From assembly GCA_035314765.1 (NCBI GenBank), contig DATFZA010000814.1, positions 1 through 52,813 on the forward strand: a DNA stretch of 52,813 bases, given 5' to 3'. This document shows, piece after piece, positions 1 through 8,965 of the stretch. Position numbers and translations under genes: made by a program. The notes below the pieces were generated by a model. It ran no database searches. It worked only from the letters and a program-made list of their open reading frames with translations, and was not told the DNA's origin. Numbering within the stretch: position 1 is the stretch's first letter; each line of letters opens with the position of its first letter. Origin of the DNA: Bryobacteraceae bacterium. Lineage in GTDB: Bacteria; Acidobacteriota; Terriglobia; Bryobacterales; Bryobacteraceae.

Positions 1-299
1 CCCTGCATTCGTGCTCCTCCCACCGGCTGGCCCACCGACCAATTATTCTGCTGCATTTGCAACAACCAAATGTTCGCCAACGGATTGGCCGCCTCTTTAG
101 CCTGGTCGGCGGCAGAGGTTTGTTCGGTAGGAGTAGGACTCGCTGCACCCGAAGATGAGGTGTCTGTCTCTTCACCTGTCCGAAGCGCCTGGGTTGACGT
201 ATTCTGCTGTGCCGACACGGGCAGACATGTGAGCAAGACAAGTAAGCACGCCAACACAGTGGCCCAGAGTTGTCTTTCTTTTCGTTCCCGGGATCTCAC
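1..299 (-). CDS. secreted / outer-membrane protein, 5' part only (gene runs off window start)
   Basis: Minus-strand frame is open from GTG at 299 to the window edge. It is absent from the ORF track because no stop lies in the window. Translation VRSRERKERQLWATVLACLLVLLTCLPVSAQQ... is a classic signal peptide, followed by a Ser/Thr/Pro linker and NPLANIWLLQMQQN. Confidence 0.45.
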   Translation of the reverse strand, partial: MRSRERKERQLWATVLACLLVLLTCLPVSAQQNTSTQALRTGEETDTSSSGAASPTPTEQTSAADQAKEAANPLANIWLLQMQQNNWSVGQPVGGARMQ

Positions 300-577
300 G
301 AGGGAAGTCCCGTAGGTAAGGGCGCCAACGGCGAGCGCCAGTCTATAGCAAACCTGGGATTGTGACATTTTTCTAATCTCGTATAGCTTCTTTTCCACTC
401 AAGGCCAGCTAATAGTGGCAGCGACGACCCGCCGGGAAGTCCGCCGGCGGAGCCGTACGCCCGGAACTCCGTTGTTCTACGAGCAAGGGGCCATCTTCAA
501 TCGCGTTACGATGGAGGTTAGCTGATGTCCTGCTCGTCGAGCGTCCACTTGTAACAAACCAAACACTTCACAAGTAA

Positions 578-1702
578 TTAGGCAATGCTCATCGCAATTG
601 CACGTTCGGGAGTATCGCTGGGCGCATCCACCAGGGTCGTGCCCGCAATATCCCGGAACAAGCGCGGCAAAGGCATGCTTTCGACAAACCCCATGCCGCC
701 CTCCACCTGACAGCTGTCCACCAGGAGCTTCGTCCCGAGCCGCGCCAGGAAAGACTTCACCATGGCACTCTCGACTTCAAACGGCTCGCCGTCGTCAACC
801 AGTTGGGCGGCATGGTACAGCGCGAGCCGCGCCACATGGCAATCGGTATTAGAATCCGACAGCAGGGTTTGCACCGCCGGGAAGTTAAAGACCGGCATAC
901 CGAACTGCACCCGCTGCTTGGCGTAGGCCGATGCGTGGTCGATGGCCGCCTGGCCGATGCCCACGGTCTGTGCCGCATCCCCTAGCGCACCGAGCGCGAG
1001 GGTCCGGTTTACGATTTCCACACCGCGCGCAGCGAGCACGGAGCTTTCCGGCGCGACAACGTTGTCGAAAATTACATCGGCCACCGGGCATCCCCGCAGT
1101 CCCATAGTGGCGATCCTCTGGCCCACCTTCACACCGGCTGTATGGGCATCCACCACAAACGCCACAGCCGTCTTCGGACGATCGGCCTCCATTACCGCGG
1201 TGACCACGTACACGCCCGCTTCGCCCGCGTTGCGTACGTACGCCTTGGTGCCCTTCAGCACATAGCCGGCGTCCGTCTTAGTGGCGACCACAGCATTGGG
1301 GCCAATCCCCGGAGTCGGACCCTTCTCATAAATCGCGAGGGCCCCGAGCACTTTCCCCTCGACCATTGCCGGCAGGAACTGCTTTCTGAGTGCCTCGCTG
1401 CCCCAGTGCTGAATGGCGTAGCTTGCCATCGCATGATTGTTCATGATCGAGGCGACCGACCCGCACCACCCCGAGAGCGCCTCAATGACAGCGATGTAGG
1501 TGACACAGCCGCCCTGCACACCGCCCCAGTCAGCGGACAAGTGCAGACCCAGGAAGTCATGACTCGCCATTGCCGTAATGACTTCCCGCGGAAACTCACG
1601 GGTCTCGTCCATCTTGACGACGATCGGCTCCAGGTACTCCTTGCCGAAGTCGTGAGCGCTCTGCTTGATGAGTTGCTGCTCTTCATTAAGGTTGAAGTTC
1701 AT
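578..1702 (-). CDS. acyl-CoA dehydrogenase family protein (probably the non-catalytic partner subunit)
   Basis: 374-aa ORF with ACAD-like C-terminal helices (QRVQFGMPVFNFPAVQ, VDSCQVEGGMGF). The position of the catalytic Glu motif I-Y-E-G-T reads D-I-A-G-T. ATGA start/stop overlap with the upstream ACAD gene (1699-1702). Confidence 0.8.
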   Translation of the reverse strand: MNFNLNEEQQLIKQSAHDFGKEYLEPIVVKMDETREFPREVITAMASHDFLGLHLSADWGGVQGGCVTYIAVIEALSGWCGSVASIMNNHAMASYAIQHWGSEALRKQFLPAMVEGKVLGALAIYEKGPTPGIGPNAVVATKTDAGYVLKGTKAYVRNAGEAGVYVVTAVMEADRPKTAVAFVVDAHTAGVKVGQRIATMGLRGCPVADVIFDNVVAPESSVLAARGVEIVNRTLALGALGDAAQTVGIGQAAIDHASAYAKQRVQFGMPVFNFPAVQTLLSDSNTDCHVARLALYHAAQLVDDGEPFEVESAMVKSFLARLGTKLLVDSCQVEGGMGFVESMPLPRLFRDIAGTTLVDAPSDTPERAIAMSIA

Positions 1703-2850
1703 GACTTACCCCCCTTCTGCATGCGCTGGGCCGCCTGAGTTAATAAACCGCGGGCGATTACCAGGCGCTGAATTTGATTGGTTCCTTCGTAAATCTGCAT
1801 GATCTTCGCATCGCGCATCAGCTTCTCGATCGTCGAGGTATACCCGTACGAGCCCATCAGGCTCACCGCCTGCGTGGTCACCGACATCACCATGTCGCCG
1901 CCAACCAGCTTGCTGATCGCCGACTCCATCGAATAACTGGTAGTCGTGTCGCGCAGCTCCATGGCGTGATGCGCCATCTGGCGTGCGGCTTCCACCTGAG
2001 CATGCATTTCCGCGAGCTTGAACTGCATGGTCTGCGGAGGCGGGTACTTTGCAGTGAAACGCTCCGTCAGGTGTTTGAGGCACTCATCGACCGCCCGGCG
2101 GGCGATGCCAACCGCTGCGCAGGCAACGGGCGGCCGAGCCATGTCCAGCGTGAGCATGGCGATCTTCATGCCGTCGCCTTCCGCGCCAACCAGGTTGCTG
2201 ACCGGAATGTGCGCATCCTTGAAATGAAGCTCGACGGTATTGGACGAGCGAATACCGAGCTTGTGCTCCGCCGTGCCCACATTGAATCCCGGCGTGCCCT
2301 TCTCAACGATGAAGGCGCTCAGACCCTTGAGTCCCTTGCTCGGATCTGTACTTGCTACAATCAGATATACGCTGGCATAAGCACCATTCGTGATGAAGCA
2401 CTTGGTGCCGTTCAGAATGTATTCGTTACCGCTGTGGACTGCAGTGGTCTTGACTCCTCCGGCGTCAGAACCGGCACCCGGTTCGGTCAGGCCGAAAGCC
2501 GCCAACCCGCCACTAACGATCGGCGCAAAATACATTTTTTTCTGCTCGGGGGTGCCCACTACCAGCAGCGGATCGGTTCCCAGCAGGCTCGCGCCCAGTG
2601 TTGTACCCATGCCGGCGCAGCCATAACCCCACTCTTCGCACACCAATGCTTGCGTGAGGCTGTCGTATTCAAGCCCGCCGTACTTCTTCGGGATCGCCAT
2701 GGCGAAAATCTTGCTCTCCTTCGCTGCCCCAAGCAGGTGCGAAGGAAACTCCCCGGTTCTGTCGTACTCGGCAGCGTAAGGGATGATGTACTTAGCAACG
2801 AACGCCCTCGCTGCCTTTTGAACTTCCAATTGCTCCGGTTTGAATATCAT
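1699..2850 (-). CDS. acyl-CoA dehydrogenase
   Basis: ORF-track frame with the start trimmed to ATG 2850 (MIFKPEQLEV) and a GGAAGAGG SD just upstream. Motifs GLTEPGAGSD and IYEGTNQIQRLVIAR. Confidence 0.9.
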   Translation of the reverse strand: MIFKPEQLEVQKAARAFVAKYIIPYAAEYDRTGEFPSHLLGAAKESKIFAMAIPKKYGGLEYDSLTQALVCEEWGYGCAGMGTTLGASLLGTDPLLVVGTPEQKKMYFAPIVSGGLAAFGLTEPGAGSDAGGVKTTAVHSGNEYILNGTKCFITNGAYASVYLIVASTDPSKGLKGLSAFIVEKGTPGFNVGTAEHKLGIRSSNTVELHFKDAHIPVSNLVGAEGDGMKIAMLTLDMARPPVACAAVGIARRAVDECLKHLTERFTAKYPPPQTMQFKLAEMHAQVEAARQMAHHAMELRDTTTSYSMESAISKLVGGDMVMSVTTQAVSLMGSYGYTSTIEKLMRDAKIMQIYEGTNQIQRLVIARGLLTQAAQRMQKGGKS

Positions 2851-2887
2851 GGTTCCTCTTCCTTTGTTACCGTTTTGGCCACCCAGC

Positions 2888-3676
2888 TCAGGCCACATGT
2901 CCCTCAGTCGTTTGTGACTTAGTGAAGTCGGGCAGTCTTTTCTCGAAGAACGCCGAAAACGCTTCCTTGGCGTCGGCCGAGCGCAATCTGGCGGTGAACT
3001 CCTCGGTTTCGCATTTCGCTGCTTGCTCGAGCTGCTCGCGAGTGGGTCGTCGCATGAGCCTTTTGCAGGCCTGCAAGGCGCCGGCAGGCTTTTCCGCCAG
3101 TTTCTGGGCCGTCTCAGTGGCCGTGGCCAACAGCCGGTTTTCCGGGATGACGCGGGTCACAAGTCCGAGATCCTCAGCCCGTTTCGCATCGAAGGGTATG
3201 CCTAGCTGGATCAGTTCGGCGGCCCGTAGATATCCGATGCGCGCCGGAAAAGAGTACGTGCTACCGAACTCCGGGACCACTGCGATATTGATAAAGGGCA
3301 ATTGGAACTTGGCGCTCTCAGCCGCGTACACGAAGTCGCAGTGAGTGAGCATCGTAGTTCCGCCGCCGACGGCCGCGCCGTTAACGGCCGCGACGATCGG
3401 TTTGTCGAAGTTGATCATGGCATTGATCAACTTTTGCTGGGGGCTCTCGCCAGGGCCCGGAGGGTTCTTGACGAAGTCCTCTAAGTCGTTACCAGCGCAG
3501 AACGAGCCGCCGGAGCCGTGCCACAGCACTACACGGGTGCGATCGTCTTTTGCCGCGTCGTTCAGCAGTTCCGCCATGACCGTGTACATGCCGGATGTCA
3601 TGGCGTTCTTTTTCTCGGGACGATTGAATTGAAGCCGCAGGATAAAACCCGAATGTTCGGTAAGAATGTCACTCAT
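2888..3676 (-). CDS. enoyl-CoA hydratase/isomerase (crotonase family)
   Basis: Start trimmed to ATG 3676 (MSDILTEHSGF) with a GGAGG SD. Motifs FNRPEKKNAM and GSGGSFCAGNDL. Confidence 0.85.
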   Translation of the reverse strand: MSDILTEHSGFILRLQFNRPEKKNAMTSGMYTVMAELLNDAAKDDRTRVVLWHGSGGSFCAGNDLEDFVKNPPGPGESPQQKLINAMINFDKPIVAAVNGAAVGGGTTMLTHCDFVYAAESAKFQLPFINIAVVPEFGSTYSFPARIGYLRAAELIQLGIPFDAKRAEDLGLVTRVIPENRLLATATETAQKLAEKPAGALQACKRLMRRPTREQLEQAAKCETEEFTARLRSADAKEAFSAFFEKRLPDFTKSQTTEGHVA

Positions 3677-3687
3677 TTTCGCCTCCG

Positions 3688-4929
3688 TTAAACAGCTTCC
3701 GGCAAGTGCCACACGTGAGGGATAGCTCCTCCCGCGCGGAAGTCTTCGATTTCGGAATCGGCGAAACCCAACTCGCGCAAGACTTCGACCGTATGCTCTC
3801 CCAACGCCGGTGCCACGCGGGCTGCGACCTTGGGACATTCCTTTATAGTCAGCGGACTATCGACCGTTTGCGAGCCGGGAGCGCCGTTCTCAACCGGTAC
3901 AATAATCTTGTTCGCCACGAGCTGCGGGTCCCGCACGATCTCGTCGGGGATCTGCACGACGCCGTAAACGACGCGCGCTGCATCAAGAACTACCTTCCAG
4001 TACGCCAGGGGTTGAGCGGCGAACAAACGATCTAATTCAGCAACCAAAAGAGCGGCATTGGCGTGCCGGGATTTCGCATCCGCGAACCTCGGGTCACTCG
4101 TGAGAGAAGGCTGGCCCATAGCTTTGACGAATGGCGGCCAGCTCTTGTCCTCATCCGCAAATGCAAGAAGGATCCACCGCTGGTCCGAGGTCTGGTAGCT
4201 GGCGCCGGTGAGCGCATTCGCCGGATTCGCCCTGTCGATTTCGCCGGAGAATTTTGCGCCTGAAAGAGCGGCTTGCAGCCAGGCTGCGGTGGCCCAAGCT
4301 CCATTCGCGATCAGAGACGTCGAGACATTGCAGCCCTTGCCCGTCCGCTCCCGCCGGTAGAGTGCCGTTACAATTCCCGCATAAAGAGAAATGGCTGTCG
4401 CGTGGTCCCCGATTCCGGGGACCGGAACCGCGGGTGGGCTGCCCGCATTTCGCGTAAATTGCATGAGTCCCGAGCGCGCCCAATACGCCGTGACATCAAA
4501 GCCAGGCTTGTCTGCTTCCGGCCCCTCTTCACCGTAGCCCGTAATGTCCGCATAAATGAGCCGAGGATTCAGCGGAGAGATATCTTCGTAGTTCAGCTTC
4601 AAACCCTTTCGAACCCGGGGAGGAAAATTTGTTACCAGGACATCCGCCCAGCCCACGAGCCGTGCCAGGATTGTCCGCGACTCCGGATTCTTCAGGTCTA
4701 CTGTCAGGCTGCGTTTGTTGCGGTTCGTAACCTGCCAGGTGTAGTTCTCCTTCGAAGCCGGATTCGGCGGCAGCCGGTATATGAATCGATAAGGGTCGCC
4801 TGTCCCCGGCGGTTCAAGCTTGATCACGTCCGCTCCGAAATCCGACAGCACGGTTGTTGCGGCCGGTCCGGCGATGAAGCTCGCGACGTCCAGCACCTTA
4901 AGTCCTGAAAATACGCTTTCTAATGCCAT
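3688..4929 (-). CDS. family III CoA-transferase (CaiB/BaiF-like)
   Basis: Start trimmed to ATG 4929 (MALESVFSGLKVLDV). LKVLDVASFIAGPAATTVLSDFGADVIKLEPPGTGD is the typical N-terminal signature. Confidence 0.85.
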   Translation of the reverse strand: MALESVFSGLKVLDVASFIAGPAATTVLSDFGADVIKLEPPGTGDPYRFIYRLPPNPASKENYTWQVTNRNKRSLTVDLKNPESRTILARLVGWADVLVTNFPPRVRKGLKLNYEDISPLNPRLIYADITGYGEEGPEADKPGFDVTAYWARSGLMQFTRNAGSPPAVPVPGIGDHATAISLYAGIVTALYRRERTGKGCNVSTSLIANGAWATAAWLQAALSGAKFSGEIDRANPANALTGASYQTSDQRWILLAFADEDKSWPPFVKAMGQPSLTSDPRFADAKSRHANAALLVAELDRLFAAQPLAYWKVVLDAARVVYGVVQIPDEIVRDPQLVANKIIVPVENGAPGSQTVDSPLTIKECPKVAARVAPALGEHTVEVLRELGFADSEIEDFRAGGAIPHVWHLPEAV

Positions 4930-5399
4930 ATCATCTCCTGTAGTAACTGCGCAAAAGCTCCCAAAACTCTCCTGCCGTCTAATGCTCCGCCACTGGCGGC
5001 TCATCTCTTCTTAGGGAAGAGAAGCTGGAACCGATATCAGGGTGCGAAACTCTAACTTTACTCCGCTCGGTCGCACTGCCTGATCGCATTCCTGTACGCA
5101 CTAAGACAAGTGCACTCTGGAAGCCATTCCGCGAATGCCAACCAAGGAACGAAAGAGGTGATACTAAGGTGCTGATATTGTGGCGCGACATGCATTTCGC
5201 GACGATTGAGAGTCACTCTCACGAAGAAGTCTCATGCTGGGCACACGCCGAAAGATTCGTCATCTGACGTAGCAGGTGCCGAGGGTCCGCTAACAGGTCC
5301 CGCGTTCCGGATCTTTTTCATTCAAGGCTTTACAGGCCTTCATCTCCTATACTTAAGCGGCATCCGTCGTGCTCTCTTAGACAGCGGAGCCCAAAGTCA

Positions 5400-5690
5400 G
5401 TGTGCAGAGTGACGGTGGAAGACCTCGGACATGCTCTTCGCCTGAAAGTGGAGGGCAGGTTGGGCGCGACGTGGGTCCCCGAACTGGAACAATCCTGGCG
5501 TACTTTGATTCGACGCTCGCCTGGTGTGGGTCTGATTGTGGATCTGACCGGTACGGAGTTCATCGATCTGGCTGGGACTTACCTGCTTTCTCTCATGCAC
5601 CGAAGCGGAGTCGAGCTGATGGCAAATTCACCATACATGAAAAGTGTGATCGCGGAGATTACGGGACAACCTCGAGCGGAGCGCATATGA
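5400..5690 (+). CDS. STAS-domain protein (anti-sigma-antagonist-like)
   Basis: 96-aa ORF with a GTG start. LKVEGRLGATWVPELEQ...LIVDLTGTEFIDLAGTYLLSLM resembles the STAS fold. Its stop overlaps the next ATG (ATGA 5687-5690). Confidence 0.55.
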   Translation: MCRVTVEDLGHALRLKVEGRLGATWVPELEQSWRTLIRRSPGVGLIVDLTGTEFIDLAGTYLLSLMHRSGVELMANSPYMKSVIAEITGQPRAERI

Positions 5691-7165
5691 GAAAGCAAAT
5701 GAGTCGTTGTCGATGTGCGGCGCTGGTCTTCCTAGTGGCGGCAACGGCGTCCCGTGCGGGTGCTCAATGCCAGGGCAAGCTCTCCTCTTTAGATACGGCA
5801 GCCAACTGTACGGCGCGAAACAACGCGCCGATGTCCAAAGCTGATATCGATCCGAAGAAGTCTTACAGCCTCGAGGAGTTGATCGACCTCGCCGAGATGA
5901 ACAACCCCCAGACGCGCATTGCCTGGGAGTCCGCAAAACAGGCGGCGGAACGCCTGGGGATGGCGCGGAGCGAATACTATCCCCACTTAGCTGCCCTGGC
6001 GCTCGCCGGAGACGAACGCGCGGTCATACCCTGGCCCAAACCGTTGGGCGCGGCTAACGGGTATTTTGTATCCGAAGCCCCGGTAATCCAGTCGGGTGTG
6101 GATCTCATCTACAACGTCTACGACTTCGGGAGGCGAGCCGCGAGGGTGGAGGCGAGCAAGGCCATTCGCCTGGCCGCCGCCGCCGGATTCCAGCGGACCA
6201 ATCAGGCCGTCGCGTTTCGCGTCGTGACCGCCTATTACAACCTCATCACGGCTGAAGAACGGCTGGAGGCCTCGCGTCAGATCGTGAAAACTGCGCAGAC
6301 CACGCAGGATGCCGCCGAGGCCCAGCGAGCGAACGGCAGGGCCACCCTTCCCGACGTCCTGAACGCCAGATCCGCCACTGCGCAGTCCCTTTATGATCTC
6401 GAAGCCAGTATCGGGGCCGTGGACACCGCGCGGGTGGTATTGCGGGAGGCCATCGGAGTTGAACCTTCAGATGAAATCCAGGTGGCAGACCCCGCGGGAT
6501 TGCCACTGCCAACCGAGGTCGCCCAATCGACGTTAGACCTGGTGAAGACCGCGAAGCAGCAGCGCCCCGATTTGCGCGCCATCTCCGAAAAGCTGGAGGC
6601 GGCGAACGCAGAGCTAAAGGGCGCCAAATCCGAATATTGGCCAACGATTCATTTCGGGGCGTCTGCCGGCCAACAGGCACTGTGGCCGAGTATCAATGCG
6701 CCCGGGCCCAATCCGCTTGGTCATTCCAATGAACCAGTGTGGAACGTGGGGATCAGCCTTCGTTGGAATATTTTCGATGGCGGATTGCGCCGTCATGAAG
6801 TTGAGGCGGCCGACTCGAGGCGCCGCGAAGCCGAGCATGAGAAGCGGGAGTTGGAAGATGCGATTGGCCGTGAAGTCTGGACTTCCTACGTCCAATTCCG
6901 AACCGCGGTGCGCCAGCACGAAGCTGCCGAGACGCTGCTGACGTCGGCCACTACTTCTTACGACGCCTCGCTGGACGCTTACCGGTACGGCGTGAAGAAC
7001 CTGGTCGACCTGGTAACTGCCGAAAACCAGCTCGCGCAAGCCCGACTGGCAGTTGTGCAGTCGCGCTCGGCAGTGCGGATCGATGCAGCGAATCTCGACT
7101 ACACCACGGGGAATCTGCTGCGCCAGCAGCCGCCCGTAGCTCAACCCATGGTGAAAAAACCCTGA
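5687..7165 (+). CDS. TolC-family outer membrane efflux protein (MdtP-like)
   Basis: Start set at ATG 5687 (MRKQMSRCRCAALVFLVAATASRAGAQ, a signal peptide). It has the long two-repeat coiled OMF-like sequence and sits in an operon with MFP and FUSC genes. Confidence 0.85.
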   Translation: MRKQMSRCRCAALVFLVAATASRAGAQCQGKLSSLDTAANCTARNNAPMSKADIDPKKSYSLEELIDLAEMNNPQTRIAWESAKQAAERLGMARSEYYPHLAALALAGDERAVIPWPKPLGAANGYFVSEAPVIQSGVDLIYNVYDFGRRAARVEASKAIRLAAAAGFQRTNQAVAFRVVTAYYNLITAEERLEASRQIVKTAQTTQDAAEAQRANGRATLPDVLNARSATAQSLYDLEASIGAVDTARVVLREAIGVEPSDEIQVADPAGLPLPTEVAQSTLDLVKTAKQQRPDLRAISEKLEAANAELKGAKSEYWPTIHFGASAGQQALWPSINAPGPNPLGHSNEPVWNVGISLRWNIFDGGLRRHEVEAADSRRREAEHEKRELEDAIGREVWTSYVQFRTAVRQHEAAETLLTSATTSYDASLDAYRYGVKNLVDLVTAENQLAQARLAVVQSRSAVRIDAANLDYTTGNLLRQQPPVAQPMVKKP

Positions 7166-7185
7166 AATTTGAAAAGGAGACGTTT

Positions 7186-7449
7186 GTGCGCGAATTCAGA
7201 AAAACCTGGTTACCTTGCCTGGCCCTGGTCGGCTGTTCCGGGTGCTCGAGATCCCCCTCCCTAGAGTTCCTCGGAACCTTTTTCCCAGTGTGGATGGTGT
7301 GCATCCTTGCAGCCCTGACTATCACCGGGTTGATCCGGGCCGGGCTGGTGCACCTGGGATTGGAGCAGAAACTTGGGCCGCTGGTCGTGTTTTATCCGAG
7401 CCTGACGGTGGCAATTTCATGTCTGCTCTGGCTCGTCAATTTTTCGTAA
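7186..7449 (+). CDS. YtcA-family small membrane lipoprotein
   Basis: GTG start preceded by AAAGGAGA. Lipobox LVGC, then two hydrophobic helices. Size, position and sequence pattern match my recollection of E. coli YtcA, encoded upstream of mdtNOP. Confidence 0.6.
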   Translation: MREFRKTWLPCLALVGCSGCSRSPSLEFLGTFFPVWMVCILAALTITGLIRAGLVHLGLEQKLGPLVVFYPSLTVAISCLLWLVNFS

Positions 7450-7460
7450 GGAGAGGTCGC

Positions 7461-7754
7461 ATGTTGAGTAACAATAGGCAAGTCAGATTGATAGGAGATC
7501 TTATTTCGTCGTCAGTTTTGGCGATTGCTGCTGGAGCCGTGATTGTGGTGCTACATCGTCTGAACGTTCACCGTCCTCACGATGCGAGCATGCGCGCGCT
7601 GTTGTGCATGCTTTTTGCTCTTTTGTTTACCAAAGTGATCCGCAAGGCGATTGATCGCTGGGCACAGGAGCAGAGGCTCATTCCATTGTTGGTGTTCGAT
7701 GGGGGCGTTGCGACAGCAATCTCTTGTCTGTTGTGGCTGGTTTTCTACTCATAA
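7461..7754 (+). CDS. YtcA-like paralogue with an MFP-like N-terminal membrane anchor
   Basis: 97-aa ORF (ATG 7461, GGAGAGG SD). Residues 45-97 align with the YtcA body (PLLVFDGGVATAISCLLWLVFYS vs PLVVFYPSLTVAISCLLWLVNFS). Residues 1-45 align with the N-terminus of the downstream HlyD protein (MLSNNRQVRLIGDLISSSVLAIAAGAVIVVLHRLNVHRPHDASMRA vs MLNNKNPQAKSKYLLAGSIVLALAVGTVVLVLQRLERQPRTDDASVRA). Confidence 0.5.
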   Translation: MLSNNRQVRLIGDLISSSVLAIAAGAVIVVLHRLNVHRPHDASMRALLCMLFALLFTKVIRKAIDRWAQEQRLIPLLVFDGGVATAISCLLWLVFYS

Positions 7755-7764
7755 AAGGGGCGGT

Positions 7765-8961
7765 ATGTTGAACAACAAGAATCCTCAAGCCAAATCGAAA
7801 TATCTGCTGGCAGGCTCGATAGTGTTAGCGCTGGCTGTTGGGACGGTAGTCCTCGTGCTCCAGCGCCTGGAACGCCAGCCACGTACAGACGACGCGAGCG
7901 TGCGGGCCAATTATGTTCAGTTTGCCCCTGAAGTCAGTGGACGTGTTGTCACGCTGGCCGCAAAAGACAATGCTTTGGTGCATAAAGGGAACCTGCTGTT
8001 CGCGATTGATTCCCGCCAATACGAGTATGCACTCCAGCAGGCGCTTGCCGACCAGAGGCTGCTGGAAGCTCAGATCACCGATGCGCGGCGCAGAATCGCC
8101 TCTGAGACCAGTGCCGTGGAGGCGGCGCGCGCGGGTTTGAGCGGTTCCAAGACGCAGACGAAGGTGAGCGAGAGCAGCGTGGACGCGGCTCTCGCGGCGG
8201 TGGAGCGGGCAAAGGCCGCGGTGCAAGCCGCCGAGGCTCAGAAGGAGTTGGCCGCGAGCAACTTGCGGCGCATCGAACCGCTGCTGGCGAAGGAATACGT
8301 AACTCCAGAACAGGTCGACGAGTCGCGCACCAAAGCCCGGATTACGGAGCGCAGTTATGAGGAGGCGCTTTCCGCGCTTCAGCAGGCGCAGGCCACCGCG
8401 AGCCAGGCGCGCTTCGCTCACGATGAATCGAAGATCTCGGTCACGGCGTCCGAAGCCCGCGTGGAGCAAAGTGTGCACGCGGTGGAGATCCTCGACACCT
8501 TGCTGGCACAGAGGCCGGCCAAGGCTGCGAAAGTGAGTGACGCACAACTGAATCTGGAGCGGTGTACCGTACGGGCGCCATTCGATGGGTACGTCACCAA
8601 TCTCAATATCTCGGAAGGCGAGTATGCCAAGCCGGGCGTACCGATCTTCACGCTGATCGATAACCGCACGTGGTATGTAGTTTCCAATTACCGGGAGTCG
8701 GAGTTAAAGGGGATCCGGCCCGGGAAGCACGTGGACGTGTACGTGATGAGCCAACCCTCGCGGCGCTTCGACGGCATCGTGGAGAGCCTTGGTTTTGGCG
8801 TCGCCCCCGACGACACGCGGCTCAATAACGGCCTTCCCGACATTGAGCACACCTTGAACTGGGTGCACATCGCCGCGCGGTTTCCCGTGCGCATTCGCGT
8901 TCAAAACCCTGACACGGCGTTGTTCCGCATCGGGGAAACAGCCACCACGATTGTGAGGTAA
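7765..8961 (+). CDS. HlyD-family membrane fusion protein (MdtN/AaeA-like)
   Basis: Start trimmed to ATG 7765. N-terminal TM anchor, long coiled-coil middle, and a C-terminal beta-barrel region (CTVRAPFDGYVTNLNISEGEYAKPG). Confidence 0.85.
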   Translation: MLNNKNPQAKSKYLLAGSIVLALAVGTVVLVLQRLERQPRTDDASVRANYVQFAPEVSGRVVTLAAKDNALVHKGNLLFAIDSRQYEYALQQALADQRLLEAQITDARRRIASETSAVEAARAGLSGSKTQTKVSESSVDAALAAVERAKAAVQAAEAQKELAASNLRRIEPLLAKEYVTPEQVDESRTKARITERSYEEALSALQQAQATASQARFAHDESKISVTASEARVEQSVHAVEILDTLLAQRPAKAAKVSDAQLNLERCTVRAPFDGYVTNLNISEGEYAKPGVPIFTLIDNRTWYVVSNYRESELKGIRPGKHVDVYVMSQPSRRFDGIVESLGFGVAPDDTRLNNGLPDIEHTLNWVHIAARFPVRIRVQNPDTALFRIGETATTIVR

Positions 8962-8965
8962 GCAC

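Noticed and set aside
5165-5200. Sigma-54 promoter candidates (TGGCGCGACATGCAT upstream of the efflux operon; TGGCAC at about 12903; TGGCGGCAATCGCC in the ~70-bp elements).
   Set aside because: The GG-to-GC spacing is 1-2 nt shorter than the -24/-12 consensus, or the -12 TTGC is missing. The target of the GAF sigma-54 activator cannot be identified from this window.
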